The notes below the pieces were generated by a model. It made no database searches. It was not told where the DNA came from and saw nothing but the letters and a program-made list of their open reading frames with translations. Source: an uncultured Chloroflexia bacterium (lineage in GTDB: Bacteria; Chloroflexota; Limnocylindria; QHBO01). From it: DNA of 64,000 bases. Within the stretch, counting starts at the first letter, position 1. Each line of letters begins with the position of its first letter. Both the position numbers and the translations under genes were made by a program. The DNA lies in NCBI GenBank assembly GCA_963827475.1, contig CAWHAZ010000002.1, positions 64,001-128,000 of the forward strand. The letters are read 5' to 3'. This document shows positions 1 to 10,485 of this stretch, in pieces.

Positions 1-9
1 CTCGCGACG

Positions 10-543
10 GTGACCGCCCGTGTGTCCGCGAGCAAGCGGGTCGAGCGGATCGTGATCTGCAGCGTCGACAAGGACCTGGCCCAGTGCGTCCGCGGCGAGC
101 GGATCGTCCTCCGGGACCGGATGCGCAAGGTCGAGTACGACGAGGCCGGAGTGGTGGCCAAGTGGGGCGTGCACCCGACGAGCATTCCCGACTATCTCGC
201 CCTCGTCGGCGACAGTTCGGACGGCTACCCGGGCCTGCCCGGCTGGGGCTCGCGCAGCGCGGCCGCGGTCCTGTTCCGCTGGGAGCACCTGGAGGCGATC
301 CCCGATGACCCGCTCACCTGGGACGTCGACGTCCGGGGAGCGGGCCGGCTGGCGGTTACGTTGCGCGAGCGCCGGGACGAGGCATACCTCTATCGCCAGC
401 TGGCGCGCCTGAACCTCGACTCCGACGCGCCCGGCGACCTCGACGACCTGGCCTGGGCCGGCGTGCCGCGCGCCCCGTTCGAGGCCCTGTGCGCGGAGCT
501 CGGCTTCGAGTCCATTCCCGGCCGCGTCCACCGCTGGGCCTGA
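10..543 (+). CDS. 5'-3' exonuclease / flap endonuclease (PolI N-terminal-like, stand-alone); 5' end probably outside the window
   Basis: Motifs SVDKDLAQ and DYLALVGDSSDGYPGLPGWG (H3TH); stops at 543 with no polymerase domain. Confidence 0.85.
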   Translation: MTARVSASKRVERIVICSVDKDLAQCVRGERIVLRDRMRKVEYDEAGVVAKWGVHPTSIPDYLALVGDSSDGYPGLPGWGSRSAAAVLFRWEHLEAIPDDPLTWDVDVRGAGRLAVTLRERRDEAYLYRQLARLNLDSDAPGDLDDLAWAGVPRAPFEALCAELGFESIPGRVHRWA

Positions 544-628
544 TCCGGAGCGGTACTCCCGACCCCGCCCTCGCCCGGACCATCGGCCCGGCTGACCTCG
601 GCGCCACCGGCCGATACGGTCGGTACCG

Positions 629-1729
629 ATGCCACGCCGCTTCCTGGCGGCGTCGCTGCTGGCCGCCGTCGCCCTGTTCGGCAGCGGGGTCCCGGGTCAG
701 GTGAATCCGGCAGTCGCTGCCTCGTGCAGCGGCTGGACCAGCGAGACGACGCCACCGACCACCATCCGCGTCTTCCGGGCCGCCAGCGGTGCGGTCGAAA
801 CGGTCGATTTCCGCGTCTACGTCAAGAACGTGCTGTCGCGCGAGTGGATCGGCTCGTGGACGGCCGAGTCGCTTCGCTCCGGCGCGGTGGCGGTGAAGAT
901 GTACGCCTGGTACCACGTCCTGCATTGGCGGAACCTGACCAATGCCTCGGGCCAATGCTTCGACGTCTACGACGACACGCGTGACCAGGTCTACAACCCG
1001 GCCCAGCCGACCTGGGCCGGCGCCGCCGCCGCCGTTGACGCCACGTGGAGCACACGCGCCCTGAAGAACGGGGCCATCTACCCGACGTACTACAACGGCG
1101 GGGCCGCGAACGAGCCGTGTGGCGCGAACGCCAACGGTTGGCGGATGTACCAGTGGGGCACCCAGGCCTGCGGGCTGGCCGGCAAGACCGCGGCCCAGAT
1201 CCTGCTGATCTACTACTACCCCGGCTGGACGGTGACCAACGCACCGACCCCACCGCCGCCGACCCCAACCCCGACCCCGGTGCCCACGCCGGTCCCGACG
1301 CCCGTACCCACCCCGGTCCCGACGCCGGCGCCCACTCCCCCGCCCACGCCGGCCCCGACACCGCCCCCTGCGCCACCCGCGCCAACGCCGCGGCCTCCGT
1401 CCGCGACACCGCCGCCGGCCGCGCCAAGTCCGGGAACCACCGCCGGGCCGGACGGGACGGCGGGAGAGGACCCGGGCAGTGGCCAGGCGATCGTCGCGGG
1501 CCTCGCCGCGCCTCCGTCGGAGCCGTCGGATCGACCCCTCCCGTTCAGCGTGCGCGCCGAGCGTGACCCGGCCGACGAGGCCGCGCCGCTCACGCCGGCC
1601 TATCGCGCGCTGGCCGGGCCGGCGATTCGAGCCCTGGCCGTCCAGCTGGCAGTCCCGCTGTTCGTCGGTCGGCCCGACCCCGGGCTGGCCCGCCCGGCCG
1701 CCTACCCGCCCTCGGGCGTCGACCGCTAG
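629..1729 (+). CDS. Secreted SpoIID/LytB-domain protein with Pro/Thr linker
   Basis: N-terminal signal peptide; YVKNVLSREW, SGAVAVKMYA, TRDQVY and QILLIYYYPG match SpoIID/LytB motifs. Confidence 0.75.
   Translation: MPRRFLAASLLAAVALFGSGVPGQVNPAVAASCSGWTSETTPPTTIRVFRAASGAVETVDFRVYVKNVLSREWIGSWTAESLRSGAVAVKMYAWYHVLHWRNLTNASGQCFDVYDDTRDQVYNPAQPTWAGAAAAVDATWSTRALKNGAIYPTYYNGGAANEPCGANANGWRMYQWGTQACGLAGKTAAQILLIYYYPGWTVTNAPTPPPPTPTPTPVPTPVPTPVPTPVPTPAPTPPPTPAPTPPPAPPAPTPRPPSATPPPAAPSPGTTAGPDGTAGEDPGSGQAIVAGLAAPPSEPSDRPLPFSVRAERDPADEAAPLTPAYRALAGPAIRALAVQLAVPLFVGRPDPGLARPAAYPPSGVDR
1243..1430 (+). repeat. Low-complexity coding repeat (PTP(V/A/P))n
   Basis: Translation PTPPPPTPTPTPVPTPVPTPVPTPVPTPAPTPPPTPAPTPPP. 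Confidence 0.85.
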
Positions 1730-2685
1730 GCCCGCTCCCCTCGGGCCCGCCACCGGGCCACGGCAAGGTCCGCGGCGGCCAGGTCCTGGATCGCCAGGCC
1801 CACGCTCTTGAAGATCGTGATCGCGGCCGGGTCGCGGTTCGCGGCCCAATCGGCGGGCAGGCTCCCGATCTCGATCACGTCAGTCGCAGAGAGCTGACCG
1901 GCCTCGATCGCGGCCGCCAGGTCTCCCGCCTCGTGGCCGGCGGCCTCGCGCGAGTCGACCGCGACCAGCGCCGCGCGCCCGAACGCCTCGGGGGGAACCT
2001 CGACCATGCCCATCCGGAACGAGCCGAGCGCATTGACGTGGGTGCCCGGATCCAGCCAGCCGGCCGCGAAGACGGGCGTCTCCGACGGCGTCACGCAGCA
2101 GACGATGTCGGCACCGCGGACCGCGGCCTCGGCCGACTCGGCGGCACGGACCGATACCGGCAGGGCGGCGTCCATGGCCGCGGCGAACGTTTCGCGCGGG
2201 CCGGCGGAGCGGGAGTAGACCCGGACCTCGGTGAGCGGCCGCGCGGCCAGCACGGCGCGAATCTGCGATTCGGCCTGCACCCCGGTCCCGAACAGGGCCA
2301 TGACCGACGCGTCGGGTCGAGCCATCAGCCGCGCGCCCACGCCCGAGGCCGCGCCGGTCCGCATCGCGGTCACCGCCGGCCCGTCGAACTGGAACGCCGC
2401 CTCGCCGGTGCGGGCATCGAACCAGGTGACCGCGCCCTGGATGGTCGGCAGGCCGCGTTCCGGGTTGCCCGGGACCCAGGTGATGAGCTTGACCGCGGCA
2501 CCTGTGCCGCCATCTCGGACCGCCGGCATCAGGACGAGCAGCCCGCCGCCTTCGAGCTCGAGATGCTGGCGGATCGGGGAGCGGTCGCGACCCTCGGCGA
2601 CGTCGCGGTAGGCGGCCTCCACCGCGTCGAGCAGCCGGTCCATGGGGACCAGCTCCCGAAGGGTGGCGGCGTCGATCAGCTCCAT
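1726..2685 (-). CDS. Ornithine cyclodeaminase / mu-crystallin family protein
   Basis: TAMRTGAAS, GTGVQA and ITIFKSVGLAIQD motifs. Confidence 0.9.
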   Translation of the reverse strand: MELIDAATLRELVPMDRLLDAVEAAYRDVAEGRDRSPIRQHLELEGGGLLVLMPAVRDGGTGAAVKLITWVPGNPERGLPTIQGAVTWFDARTGEAAFQFDGPAVTAMRTGAASGVGARLMARPDASVMALFGTGVQAESQIRAVLAARPLTEVRVYSRSAGPRETFAAAMDAALPVSVRAAESAEAAVRGADIVCCVTPSETPVFAAGWLDPGTHVNALGSFRMGMVEVPPEAFGRAALVAVDSREAAGHEAGDLAAAIEAGQLSATDVIEIGSLPADWAANRDPAAITIFKSVGLAIQDLAAADLAVARWRARGERA

Positions 2686-2742
2686 CGGTGCGCTAGCATC
2701 GGTCCGCCCATGAGGAGCAGACCGCGGTCGTGCTGAGTCCGG

Positions 2743-2853
2743 TCAGAACAGGGTGTCGAGGGGGTTCGGCGTGCCGAGGACGAATGACGCCCCGATGATG
2801 ATGACGAATAGCGCGGCCGCGAAGACGGCGAGCCACTTCAAGACTTCCCACAT
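2743..2853 (-). CDS. 36-aa single-TM small protein MWEVLKWLAVFAAALFVIIIGASFVLGTPNPLDTLF (below the ORF-track cutoff)
   Basis: ATG at 2853 to TGA at 2743 read by hand; hydrophobic helix; GC-rich third codon positions; TAGAAT 9 nt upstream. Confidence 0.65.
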   Translation of the reverse strand: MWEVLKWLAVFAAALFVIIIGASFVLGTPNPLDTLF

Positions 2854-2882
2854 GGCTCCCGGATTCTAGGGCCACCGCGCAA

Positions 2883-4115
2883 GTGCCCTCCGCAGCGCCC
2901 GTCCTGCGGCTGTACGACACGCGCCGTGGCGGCATCTTTCCGATCGAGCCCTACGAGGAGGGCCCGATCGGGTTGTACGTGTGCGGCATCACGCCCTACG
3001 ACACCACCCACCTGGGGCATGCGTTCACGTACCTCCAGCTCGACGTCGTCCATCGGTACCTGGAGTACGCCGGCCGGGATGTCCGCTACGTCCAGAACCT
3101 GACCGATGTCGATGACGACATGCTCGCCCACGCCCGTGAGCAAGGTGAGGACTACCTCGCGCTCGGCACCCGCCAGACGGAGCGGTTCCTGTCCGACATG
3201 GCGGATCTGAACTGGCTGCCGCCCGATGTCCACCCCCGGGCGACCGAGCACGTTTCGCAGATGGTCGACCTGATCGAGAAGCTGCTGGCCGCCGGGATGG
3301 CGTACCAGGGCGAAGGCCACGTCTACCTCTCGGTGGCCGATGACCCGGGGTGGGGTGCCCTGTCCCACGTTCCGCGCCGGCAGCAGCTGGACCTCGCCAA
3401 CGAACGGGGCAACCGGGCCGATCTGCCGGGTAAGCGCGACCCGCTCGATCCGGTGCTGTGGCAGCGCTCGCTGCCCGACGAGCCATCGTGGCCCTCGCCG
3501 TGGGGCGACGGGCGCCCGGGGTGGCACATCGAGTGCTCGGCGATGAGCGTGACCCACCTCGGCCCGCAGTTCGAGATCCACGGCGGCGGCCGGGACCTCG
3601 CCTTCCCGCACCACGAGGCGGAGCGGCTCCAGTCGGAAGGCGCGACCGGGGTCCGGCCGGTCGTTCGCCACTGGGTCCACACCGGGATGGTCCATCACGA
3701 GCGGGAGAAGATGAGCAAGTCGCTCGGCAACCTGGTCATGGTCCGCGACCTGCTCGACCGATGGCCGGCCGATGTCGTTCGGCTCGCCCTGATCGGCCGG
3801 CACTACCGCGAGGACCTGACGTGGACCGATGCGCTCCTGGCGGAGGCCGGTTCGCACGTCCAGCGGTGGACGGAGGCCGCCCGCCACCGGAGTCGCAACG
3901 GCGATCTCGCCGTCGCCGACGCGGTGGCCTGGCGACGCGAGGAAGCGTTGGCCGCGCTCGCCAACGACCTGGACACCCCCGGCGCCATCCAGAAGCTCGA
4001 CGCGATCGCCGGCGTGGCCCTCGGCCGGCAGTCGGAAGACACGCAGCGATCGGCGGCGACCCACCTGCACGAGCTGGCCACCCGGATCCTCGGCCTGCGG
4101 CTCGTCGGCGGGTGA
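2883..4115 (+). CDS. mshC: MshC-like cysteine ligase (CysRS paralogue without anticodon domain)
   Basis: CGITPYDTTHLGH (MshC-type; CysRS typically CGPTVY), GRPGWHIECS, KMSKS; 410 aa. Confidence 0.65.
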   Translation: MPSAAPVLRLYDTRRGGIFPIEPYEEGPIGLYVCGITPYDTTHLGHAFTYLQLDVVHRYLEYAGRDVRYVQNLTDVDDDMLAHAREQGEDYLALGTRQTERFLSDMADLNWLPPDVHPRATEHVSQMVDLIEKLLAAGMAYQGEGHVYLSVADDPGWGALSHVPRRQQLDLANERGNRADLPGKRDPLDPVLWQRSLPDEPSWPSPWGDGRPGWHIECSAMSVTHLGPQFEIHGGGRDLAFPHHEAERLQSEGATGVRPVVRHWVHTGMVHHEREKMSKSLGNLVMVRDLLDRWPADVVRLALIGRHYREDLTWTDALLAEAGSHVQRWTEAARHRSRNGDLAVADAVAWRREEALAALANDLDTPGAIQKLDAIAGVALGRQSEDTQRSAATHLHELATRILGLRLVGG

Positions 4116-4122
4116 GCTCCCG

Positions 4123-4632
4123 ATGACGGATCAGGACAACGTCCCGCCCAGCGTCCGCCTGGGCGAGGTGGTCCCGCCCGAGGATCCCGAGGACTGGGGC
4201 CGGCCGCTGACCTGGGTCGTGGCCGCCGGGATGCTGGTCGCGCCGGTCGCCGGGGCGGTCTGGTTCGCGACTGCCGGTCCCGCCGACCCCACGACCTCGC
4301 TGACCGGGACGGCCATCCTCGCCGCGGTGCTCGCCGCCGGGGCTGCCGTCACCGGCGCCACGCAGCGAGGCGCGGCCCGCGCCGCCCTCACCACCATCGG
4401 CGCGGGGCTGTTCGGTGCGCTTGGACTGGTGGTGGCCGGCAGCGCGGTCGCCGATGGGGCTTCGCTCGGTGTCGCGCTCGCCGCGGCGACCGCCGGCGGC
4501 TTCGGGTCGGTGCCGGCGGCGGGCATCGCCGCGCTCGTGTCCGACGCCCCTCGACTGCGCCGTTTCCTCTCCCCGGCGCTGGTCGGCGGCCTGGTCGCCT
4601 TCCTTGGCGTGCGGAACCTGTTCGGGCCCTAG
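4123..4632 (+). CDS. Hypothetical multi-pass membrane protein
   Basis: ATG 7 nt after the previous stop; about five Ala/Gly-rich hydrophobic segments. Confidence 0.7.
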   Translation: MTDQDNVPPSVRLGEVVPPEDPEDWGRPLTWVVAAGMLVAPVAGAVWFATAGPADPTTSLTGTAILAAVLAAGAAVTGATQRGAARAALTTIGAGLFGALGLVVAGSAVADGASLGVALAAATAGGFGSVPAAGIAALVSDAPRLRRFLSPALVGGLVAFLGVRNLFGP

Positions 4633-5643
4633 CCCTTCGCCGCGATCGGTCCGCTCCCGACCAGGATGCATGCCGCCTCGTGGTCGGCGCCGACCGTCAC
4701 CAGCGCGGGATCGATCGTTCGACAGGCATCGATCGCCACCGGGCAACGCGGATGGAAGCGGCAGCCCGACGGGATGCGCGAAGGATCGGGCGTCTCGCCG
4801 ACCAGGATCTGTGAGCCCGATCGCGGGCGTCCGGATCGGCCACCGGGAGCACGGAGAGCAGGGCGCGGGTGTACGGGTGCTGCGGATCGGCCAAGACCTG
4901 CCCGGTCGGTCCGGATTCCACGATCCGGCCGAGGTACATCACCGCGACCCGGTCGGCATAGGCGAAGACCGTGGCCAGGTCGTGCGTGATCATGAGAACG
5001 CGATCGACCGCTCGGTGGCCAGTCGCCGAATGAGGTTCAGGATCTCGGCGCGGATGCTGACGTCGAGCATGGACACCGGCTCGTCCGCGACGAGGACCTG
5101 CGGCTCGAGGATCAGCGCAGCGGCGATCGCCACCCGCTGCCGTTGTCCGCCCGACAGCTCGAACGGGAGGCGCCCCTCGTAGGCATCGGGGGGGTTCAGC
5201 CCGGCCAGTCCCAGCGCGCGTGGACACGGCTGCGGATGTCGGCCCGGGAGGCACGCATGGTGGATCCTGAGCGGCTCGGCGACGATGTCGCCGACCCGCT
5301 GTCGCGGGTTCAGCGACTCGTACGGGTCCTGGAAGATCATCTGCACCCTTCGTTTCGGGCGGCGGTCAGCTCGCGGCGAGAGAAGCCGGCGATCGGCTCG
5401 CCGTTGAGCAGGACGCGCCGCGCGGTCGGCTCCAGCAGACCCAGGAGGAGGTTGCCGGTCGTCGTCTTGCCGCTTCCTGATTCGCCGACCAGGGCGAGCA
5501 CCTCGCCCGGTGCCAGTTCGAAGCTCACCCCATCCACCGCTCGACCGGGCTGTCGGGTCGGCGGCGGAGGGAGTCGGTCGAGCGAGCGGCGGCCGGGGAA
5601 ATGCATCGTGAGCTGGTCGATGACCAGGATCGGCTGAGGTCAT
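4629..5643 (-). CDS. Oligopeptide ABC ATP-binding subunit (OppF/DppF-like), multiple frameshifts
   Basis: [36 protein letters not shown] and C-terminal CRFHPRCP spread over several frames. Confidence 0.8.
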
Positions 5644-6709
5644 CGAGCGAGCGGACCCCGCCGGATCCACGAGGAAGCACGCCGCGCGCCGGTCGCCGTC
5701 GAGCTCATAGGCGGCGGGACCTCGACCCGGCACCGCTCGAAGGCGTGGAGGCACCGCGGCGCGAACGGGCAGCCGGCGGGCATCGCGTCGAGCCGCGGCG
5801 GCGTGCCGGGGATCGCCCGCAGCGCGCGGTCCGGGCTGCCCGGCGTCGGGGAACGCGTGCAGGAGGGCGGTCGTGTACGGGTGGCGGGGGTCGTGGAACA
5901 GGCGGGCCGGCCTGCGCCTGCTCGGCGAGCCGGCCGCCGTACATCACGACCACCTGGTCGCAGACCTGCGCCACCACCCCGAGGTCATGGGTGATCAGGA
6001 TCGTGCTCATCTCGAGCTCCTCGGTCAGCCCGGCCAGCAGCTCGAGGATCTGGGCCTGGATCATCACGTCGAGCGCGGTGGTGGGCTCGTCGGCGACGAT
6101 GACGTCGCGGCCGGCAGGCGAGAGCGAGGGCGATCATCGCTCGCTGGCGCATGCCGCCGGAGTAGGTGTGCGGGTACTCCTCCGCCCGCCGGGCCCCGAT
6201 TCCCACCCGCTCCAGCAGCTCGGCGGCGCGGCGATCCGCGAGCGTGCGCGCTGATCGTGCGGCTCGTGGATGCGGATCGCCTCGGCGACCTGGTGGCCGA
6301 CCGGGCGGACCGGGTTGAGCGCATTCATCGCCCCCTGGAAGACCATCGCCATCCTCGTCCAGCGGAACGCCCGCATCTCGTCTCGGGGCAGGGACAACAC
6401 GTCGGTCCCGTCGAACAACGACCGTGCCCGGCGGCCACATGGCCCTCGGGCGGGAGCAGGCGCTGGATGGCCGAGCATGGCCGTCGTCTTGCCGCAGCCC
6501 GACTCCCCGACCAGGCCGACGGTCTGCCCGCGGTGCAGGTCGAAGCTCAGGTCGTCGACCGCGGGAGCGGCCCGGCCGGCGTGTCGAACTCGACGCTGAG
6601 GTCCCGGACGGCGAGGACGGCTCCGGGCGGCACCCGTCCGGCGCGGCGATCCTGCGGAGGACGCCGGCACCATCCGCGATCCACGACCGCCGGCGATCGG
6701 CGCGGTCAC
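5640..6709 (-). CDS. Oligopeptide ABC ATP-binding subunit (OppD/DppD-like), frameshifted; start approximate
   Basis: [29 protein letters not shown] and ITHDLGVV in different frames; stop overlaps the next ATG. Confidence 0.8.
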
Positions 6710-7613
6710 GCTCGAGGTAGTGCCGCTTCAGGCGCGGGTTGAGGAGGTCCTCGATCGCGTTGCCGAGCATGGCGTGGCCGAGGACGACCCACACGATCGC
6801 CAGGCCCGGGGGGAGGAAGGCCCACCATGCCCCGGCCGAGACGGCGCCGCGGTTGAACGCGAAGTTCAGCATCTTCCCCCAGCTGATGAGGGTCGGGTCG
6901 CCGAGGCCGATGAAGGCGAGGGTCGACTCGCAGGATGGCCGAGATGAACAGGACCGAGTAGGCGACCAGCAGCGGCATGACCAGCGGCAGGATGTGGTGG
7001 CGGATGATGTACCCGTCCGCCAGCGCCGACGGCCCGCGCCCGCGGTGACGAACTGTCGCTCGCGCAGGGACAGCGCTCGGACCGCACCAGACGCGCGGTC
7101 GTCGTCCAGCCGAGGAGGCCGATGACGAGGATGATCGTCGACAGGCTCGGTCCGAGGATCGCGACCAGCACGATCTGAAGCGCCAGGGCTGGAATGACCA
7201 GCACGAAATCGGTGATCCGCATCAGCGTGCCGCCCAGTCCTCCCACCGCGGTAGCCGGCGACGACCCGATGGTGGAGCCCACTCCCAGGCGAAGGAACGC
7301 CGCGACGAATCCGACCAGCAGGGAGACGCGCGCCCCGTACATGAGCTGGGACAGGACGTCCTTGCCCCCGTCGTCGGTCCCCAGCGGGTGCTCGGCCGAC
7401 GGTGGCTGGTAGATGTCCTCGATGCTGACCGGCGGGCGTCTCGTACGGGTCGTACGGGCGCGATCCAGGGCGCGAAGACCGCGATCGACGAGGGTGAGGC
7501 TCAGCATGATCAGGCCCGGCGACGCCGGCCGGATGGCGCAGGAGGGTCGCAGCAGGCCGCGGGGAGCGGCGATCGCGGGCGGGCGCGGTGGCGGTCTCGA
7601 CGACGGTCGTCAT
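6706..7613 (-). CDS. Oligopeptide ABC permease (OppC-like), frameshifted; possibly fused to the ATPase
   Basis: [42 protein letters not shown] and LLNPRL. Confidence 0.8.
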
Positions 7614-7618
7614 GCGTG

Positions 7619-8608
7619 TCAGGCCTCGCTCACGCGCGGGTCGAGCAAGCCATAGGCGAGGTCCGCGAGGAGGTTGGCGGCGACGACCACGACCGCGATC
7701 AGCAGGAACGTGCCCTGCAGGACGGGGTAGTCCTTCTCGGCCGACCGCCTGTCACGGTGAGGAGGCCTAAACCGGGCCACGAGAAGACACCTCGGTCTGG
7801 ATGGCGCCGGCCACCATGAAGCCGAAGTTGAGGGCGATGAGCGTGACCATGGGCAGCATCGCGTTGCGCAGGGCGTGCCGCGAATGATCCGCCAGGTGGT
7901 CAGGCCCTTGGCCTTGGCGGTGAGGATGTAGTCCTCGCTGAAGACGTCGAGCACGCTGCTGCGCATGATCAGGACGTACTCGCCGAAGATGACCAGGGCG
8001 AGGGTCAGGGTCGGCAGGATGAGGTGGGTGATCAGGTCGGCGCACGCCTCCCACGCTGTGTCCGAAGTCGGCGCCGATCGTCGTGCTCGGCCCCCGGTCG
8101 GCAGGCCGAGGGTGCCGGCCCCGAAGAACAGCAGGATGATCCCCAGGAAGAACGTGGGCAGCGACCAGAGCAGCAGCGCGACGGCCACCGCGCCGCAGTC
8201 GATCCCCGATTTCCGCGCCGCCAGGCCGCGGCCAGGCCCGAGCCGACGCCGAGCAGCGATCGACGATGACCTGCGCCGGGAGCACGAGCCACAGCGTGTT
8301 GCCGAGAGCCACCGCCAGCAGCTCGGAGACGGGTTGGCTGCGGTCGGGCGTACGACACGCCGAGGTCGCCTGCGCCAGCTGCGCCGAGGTAGATGAAGTA
8401 TTGCGAGTCGAAGAGGCTCGCCCTCGAGGTTGAGGAAGACCGGCTTGTCGAGGCCGAAGCGCTCGGCCAGCGCCGCCTCGGTCTCCGGGCTCATCCGCGG
8501 GTCCTTCACCCCGGCCTTGGCCGGGTCGCCGGGCAGGACGCGGAACAGGAAGAAGTTGAAGGTGATGACCACGAAGATCGTCACCACCGCCCACGCCATC
8601 CGGCGCAC
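7619..8608 (-). CDS. Oligopeptide ABC permease (OppB-like), frameshifted; start approximate
   Basis: [40 protein letters not shown] and LDPRV. Confidence 0.85.
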   Translation of the reverse strand: MRRMAWAVVTIFVVITFNFFLFRVLPGDPAKAGVKDPRMSPETEAALAERFGLDKPVFLNLEGEPLRLAILHLPRRSWRRRPRRVVRPTAANPSPSCWRWLSATRCGSCSRRRSSSIAARRRLGPGRGLAARKSGIDCGAVAVALLLWSLPTFFLGIILLFFGAGTLGLPTGGRARRSAPTSDTAWEACADLITHLILPTLTLALVIFGEYVLIMRSSVLDVFSEDYILTAKAKGLTTWRIIRGTPCATRCCPWSRSSPSTSASWWPAPSRPRCLLVARFRPPHRDRRSAEKDYPVLQGTFLLIAVVVVAANLLADLAYGLLDPRVSEA

Positions 8609-8671
8609 CAGGAAACTCCCGCGGCCGGTCAGAGCCGCACCGTCCGATCGCTATCGGTCGCCGTCTATCGG

Positions 8672-10392
8672 CTATTCGACCGGGCGGATGAGGACCAGCG
8701 AGGAGGGCTCGTCCAGCCCGAAGGTCTGCAGGGCCCTCGTGCCAGCCCGTGAACGTGTCGGTCCGGTAGGCCTCGACGTTCGGGGTAGTAGTACGGAATG
8801 ATGTAGGAGCATCCTCGAGCAGGATCTGCTGCAGCTCGTGGACCATCTGGACCCGCGTGTCCGAGATCGGTCTCGATGCCTGAGGCGTTGTAGATCTCGT
8901 CGTACTCCGGGATTGCAGTAGCCGGTCTCGCTCGTCCCCGGCTCGACCTCGTCGCAGGTCGTGACGCTCAGCAGGAACATCGGGATCGGGGTCCGAGCCC
9001 CATCCCCACAGGATGACGTCGTAGTCGAAGGCCGGGCAGCAGACCGCGGTCAGGGCGTCCGGGTCGAGGGCATGATCTCGAGGTGACCCCGACCTCGGCC
9101 CACATCGCGTCCAGCAGTCTCCGCCTCGCGCGGCGCCGGTGTCGATGTCGTCGGGGTAGTTGAGCCGGAACGTCAGGTCGTCACAGTCCTGGTCTGCCAG
9201 AGGCATTCGCGAACCCCGTCGCCATCGGTGTCCTCATAGCCGGCGTCGTCGAGCATCTGGTTGGCGGCATCGACGTCGAACGCGTAGTCGGCGTCCACCC
9301 GATGAAGAAGTCGCCCAGCCCGGCGGGCACGAGGCCACGCCGAGGTTGGCGGTCCCGAGGGTGGCAACGTCGATGATCTGCTGCTTGTCGTCGCGCTGGC
9401 GAGGGCCTGGCGGACGGTGACATCACGGAGGGCCTCATGGCCCGGAGCAGATCCGCCGTCGGGAATCAAGTCGCTGGGCCCCGGGCAGTCGGCCGGGTCG
9501 ATGATGTTGAAGAAGATGTCACGGATGACGTGGCGCCGGACGTCGGTAATCGGACCTCGACGTTCTCGGCGTTCTGGAGGGTCGCGAGGCGGTGGCCGGG
9601 AACTCGGTGATGGCATGTCCACGTCACCGTCGGTCAGCGCCGCGACCCGCGCGTCGGCGTTGGCGATAGGTCTGGAAGATCACCTCGTCGACTATCGGCG
9701 GGGTGGCCCAGTAGTCGTCGTTGCGCTTCCAGCTGACGGACTCGCCCTGGTCTCGAACCCGCGCGAGCTTGAACGGGCCGGTACCCGATCATCTCTTCGT
9801 TCTCGAAGTGACCGGGTCTTCGCGCTTCCCAGATGTGCATGGGCAGGACGTACATGAACACCATCCGCGTACTCGAAGTTGCCGACCGGGTCGCTCGGTG
9901 GTGATCACGAGGGTCGTCGGGTCGGGCGCCTGGATCGTCGACGAACACGTCCGGGTAGGAGGGCATGGTAGATGTAGTCCGTGTGTCGCGGTAGAGCTCG
10001 AGGCTGAACTTCACGTCCTCGCTGGTGAGCGGCGTGCCGTCGTGGAACATCGCGCCGTCGACAAGGGCAGGGTCCACGTCAGCCCGTCGTCGGACACCGT
10101 CCAGTCGGTGGCCAGCTCCGGGACAACTCGCCGTCGGGCGTCGATCGCGATCGGCGTGTCGTAGACCAGCTCGTAGAGGACGTAGTCCTCGGCACAGCAC
10201 GCCATTGCCCGGGTTCAGGCGGTGGGGGCGCCACCGATGCCGACCCGGACCGTCCCCCCGGTCGGCTCCAGCTCCCCGACGGCGGGGCTCGATCGGACCC
10301 GCCGGGCTCTCGCTGGCCGATGGCTGGCAGGCGGACAGGACCAGGGCGACCGTGAACAGGAGGGCAGAGGCCGGGCGAAGCGGGCGACGCAC
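8672..10392 (-). CDS. Peptide ABC substrate-binding lipoprotein (family 5), heavily frameshifted
   Basis: GAGGAG RBS before GTG; lipobox LSAC; PELATDWTVSDDGLTWT, FHDGTPLTSEDVKFS and VRQALA. Confidence 0.8.
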
Positions 10393-10485
10393 GAGGGAGG
10401 CTCCTCTATCGGGACGCTGATGATGGCACACGCTCCTTCGAGGCGGCAACGCCGGCCCGTCGGCCCGCGCCATACTCGGCTGGCC

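Noticed and set aside
1243-1430. Tandem repeat as CRISPR or VNTR
   Set aside because: Synonymously varied codons for a Pro/Thr linker; no spacers or cas genes.
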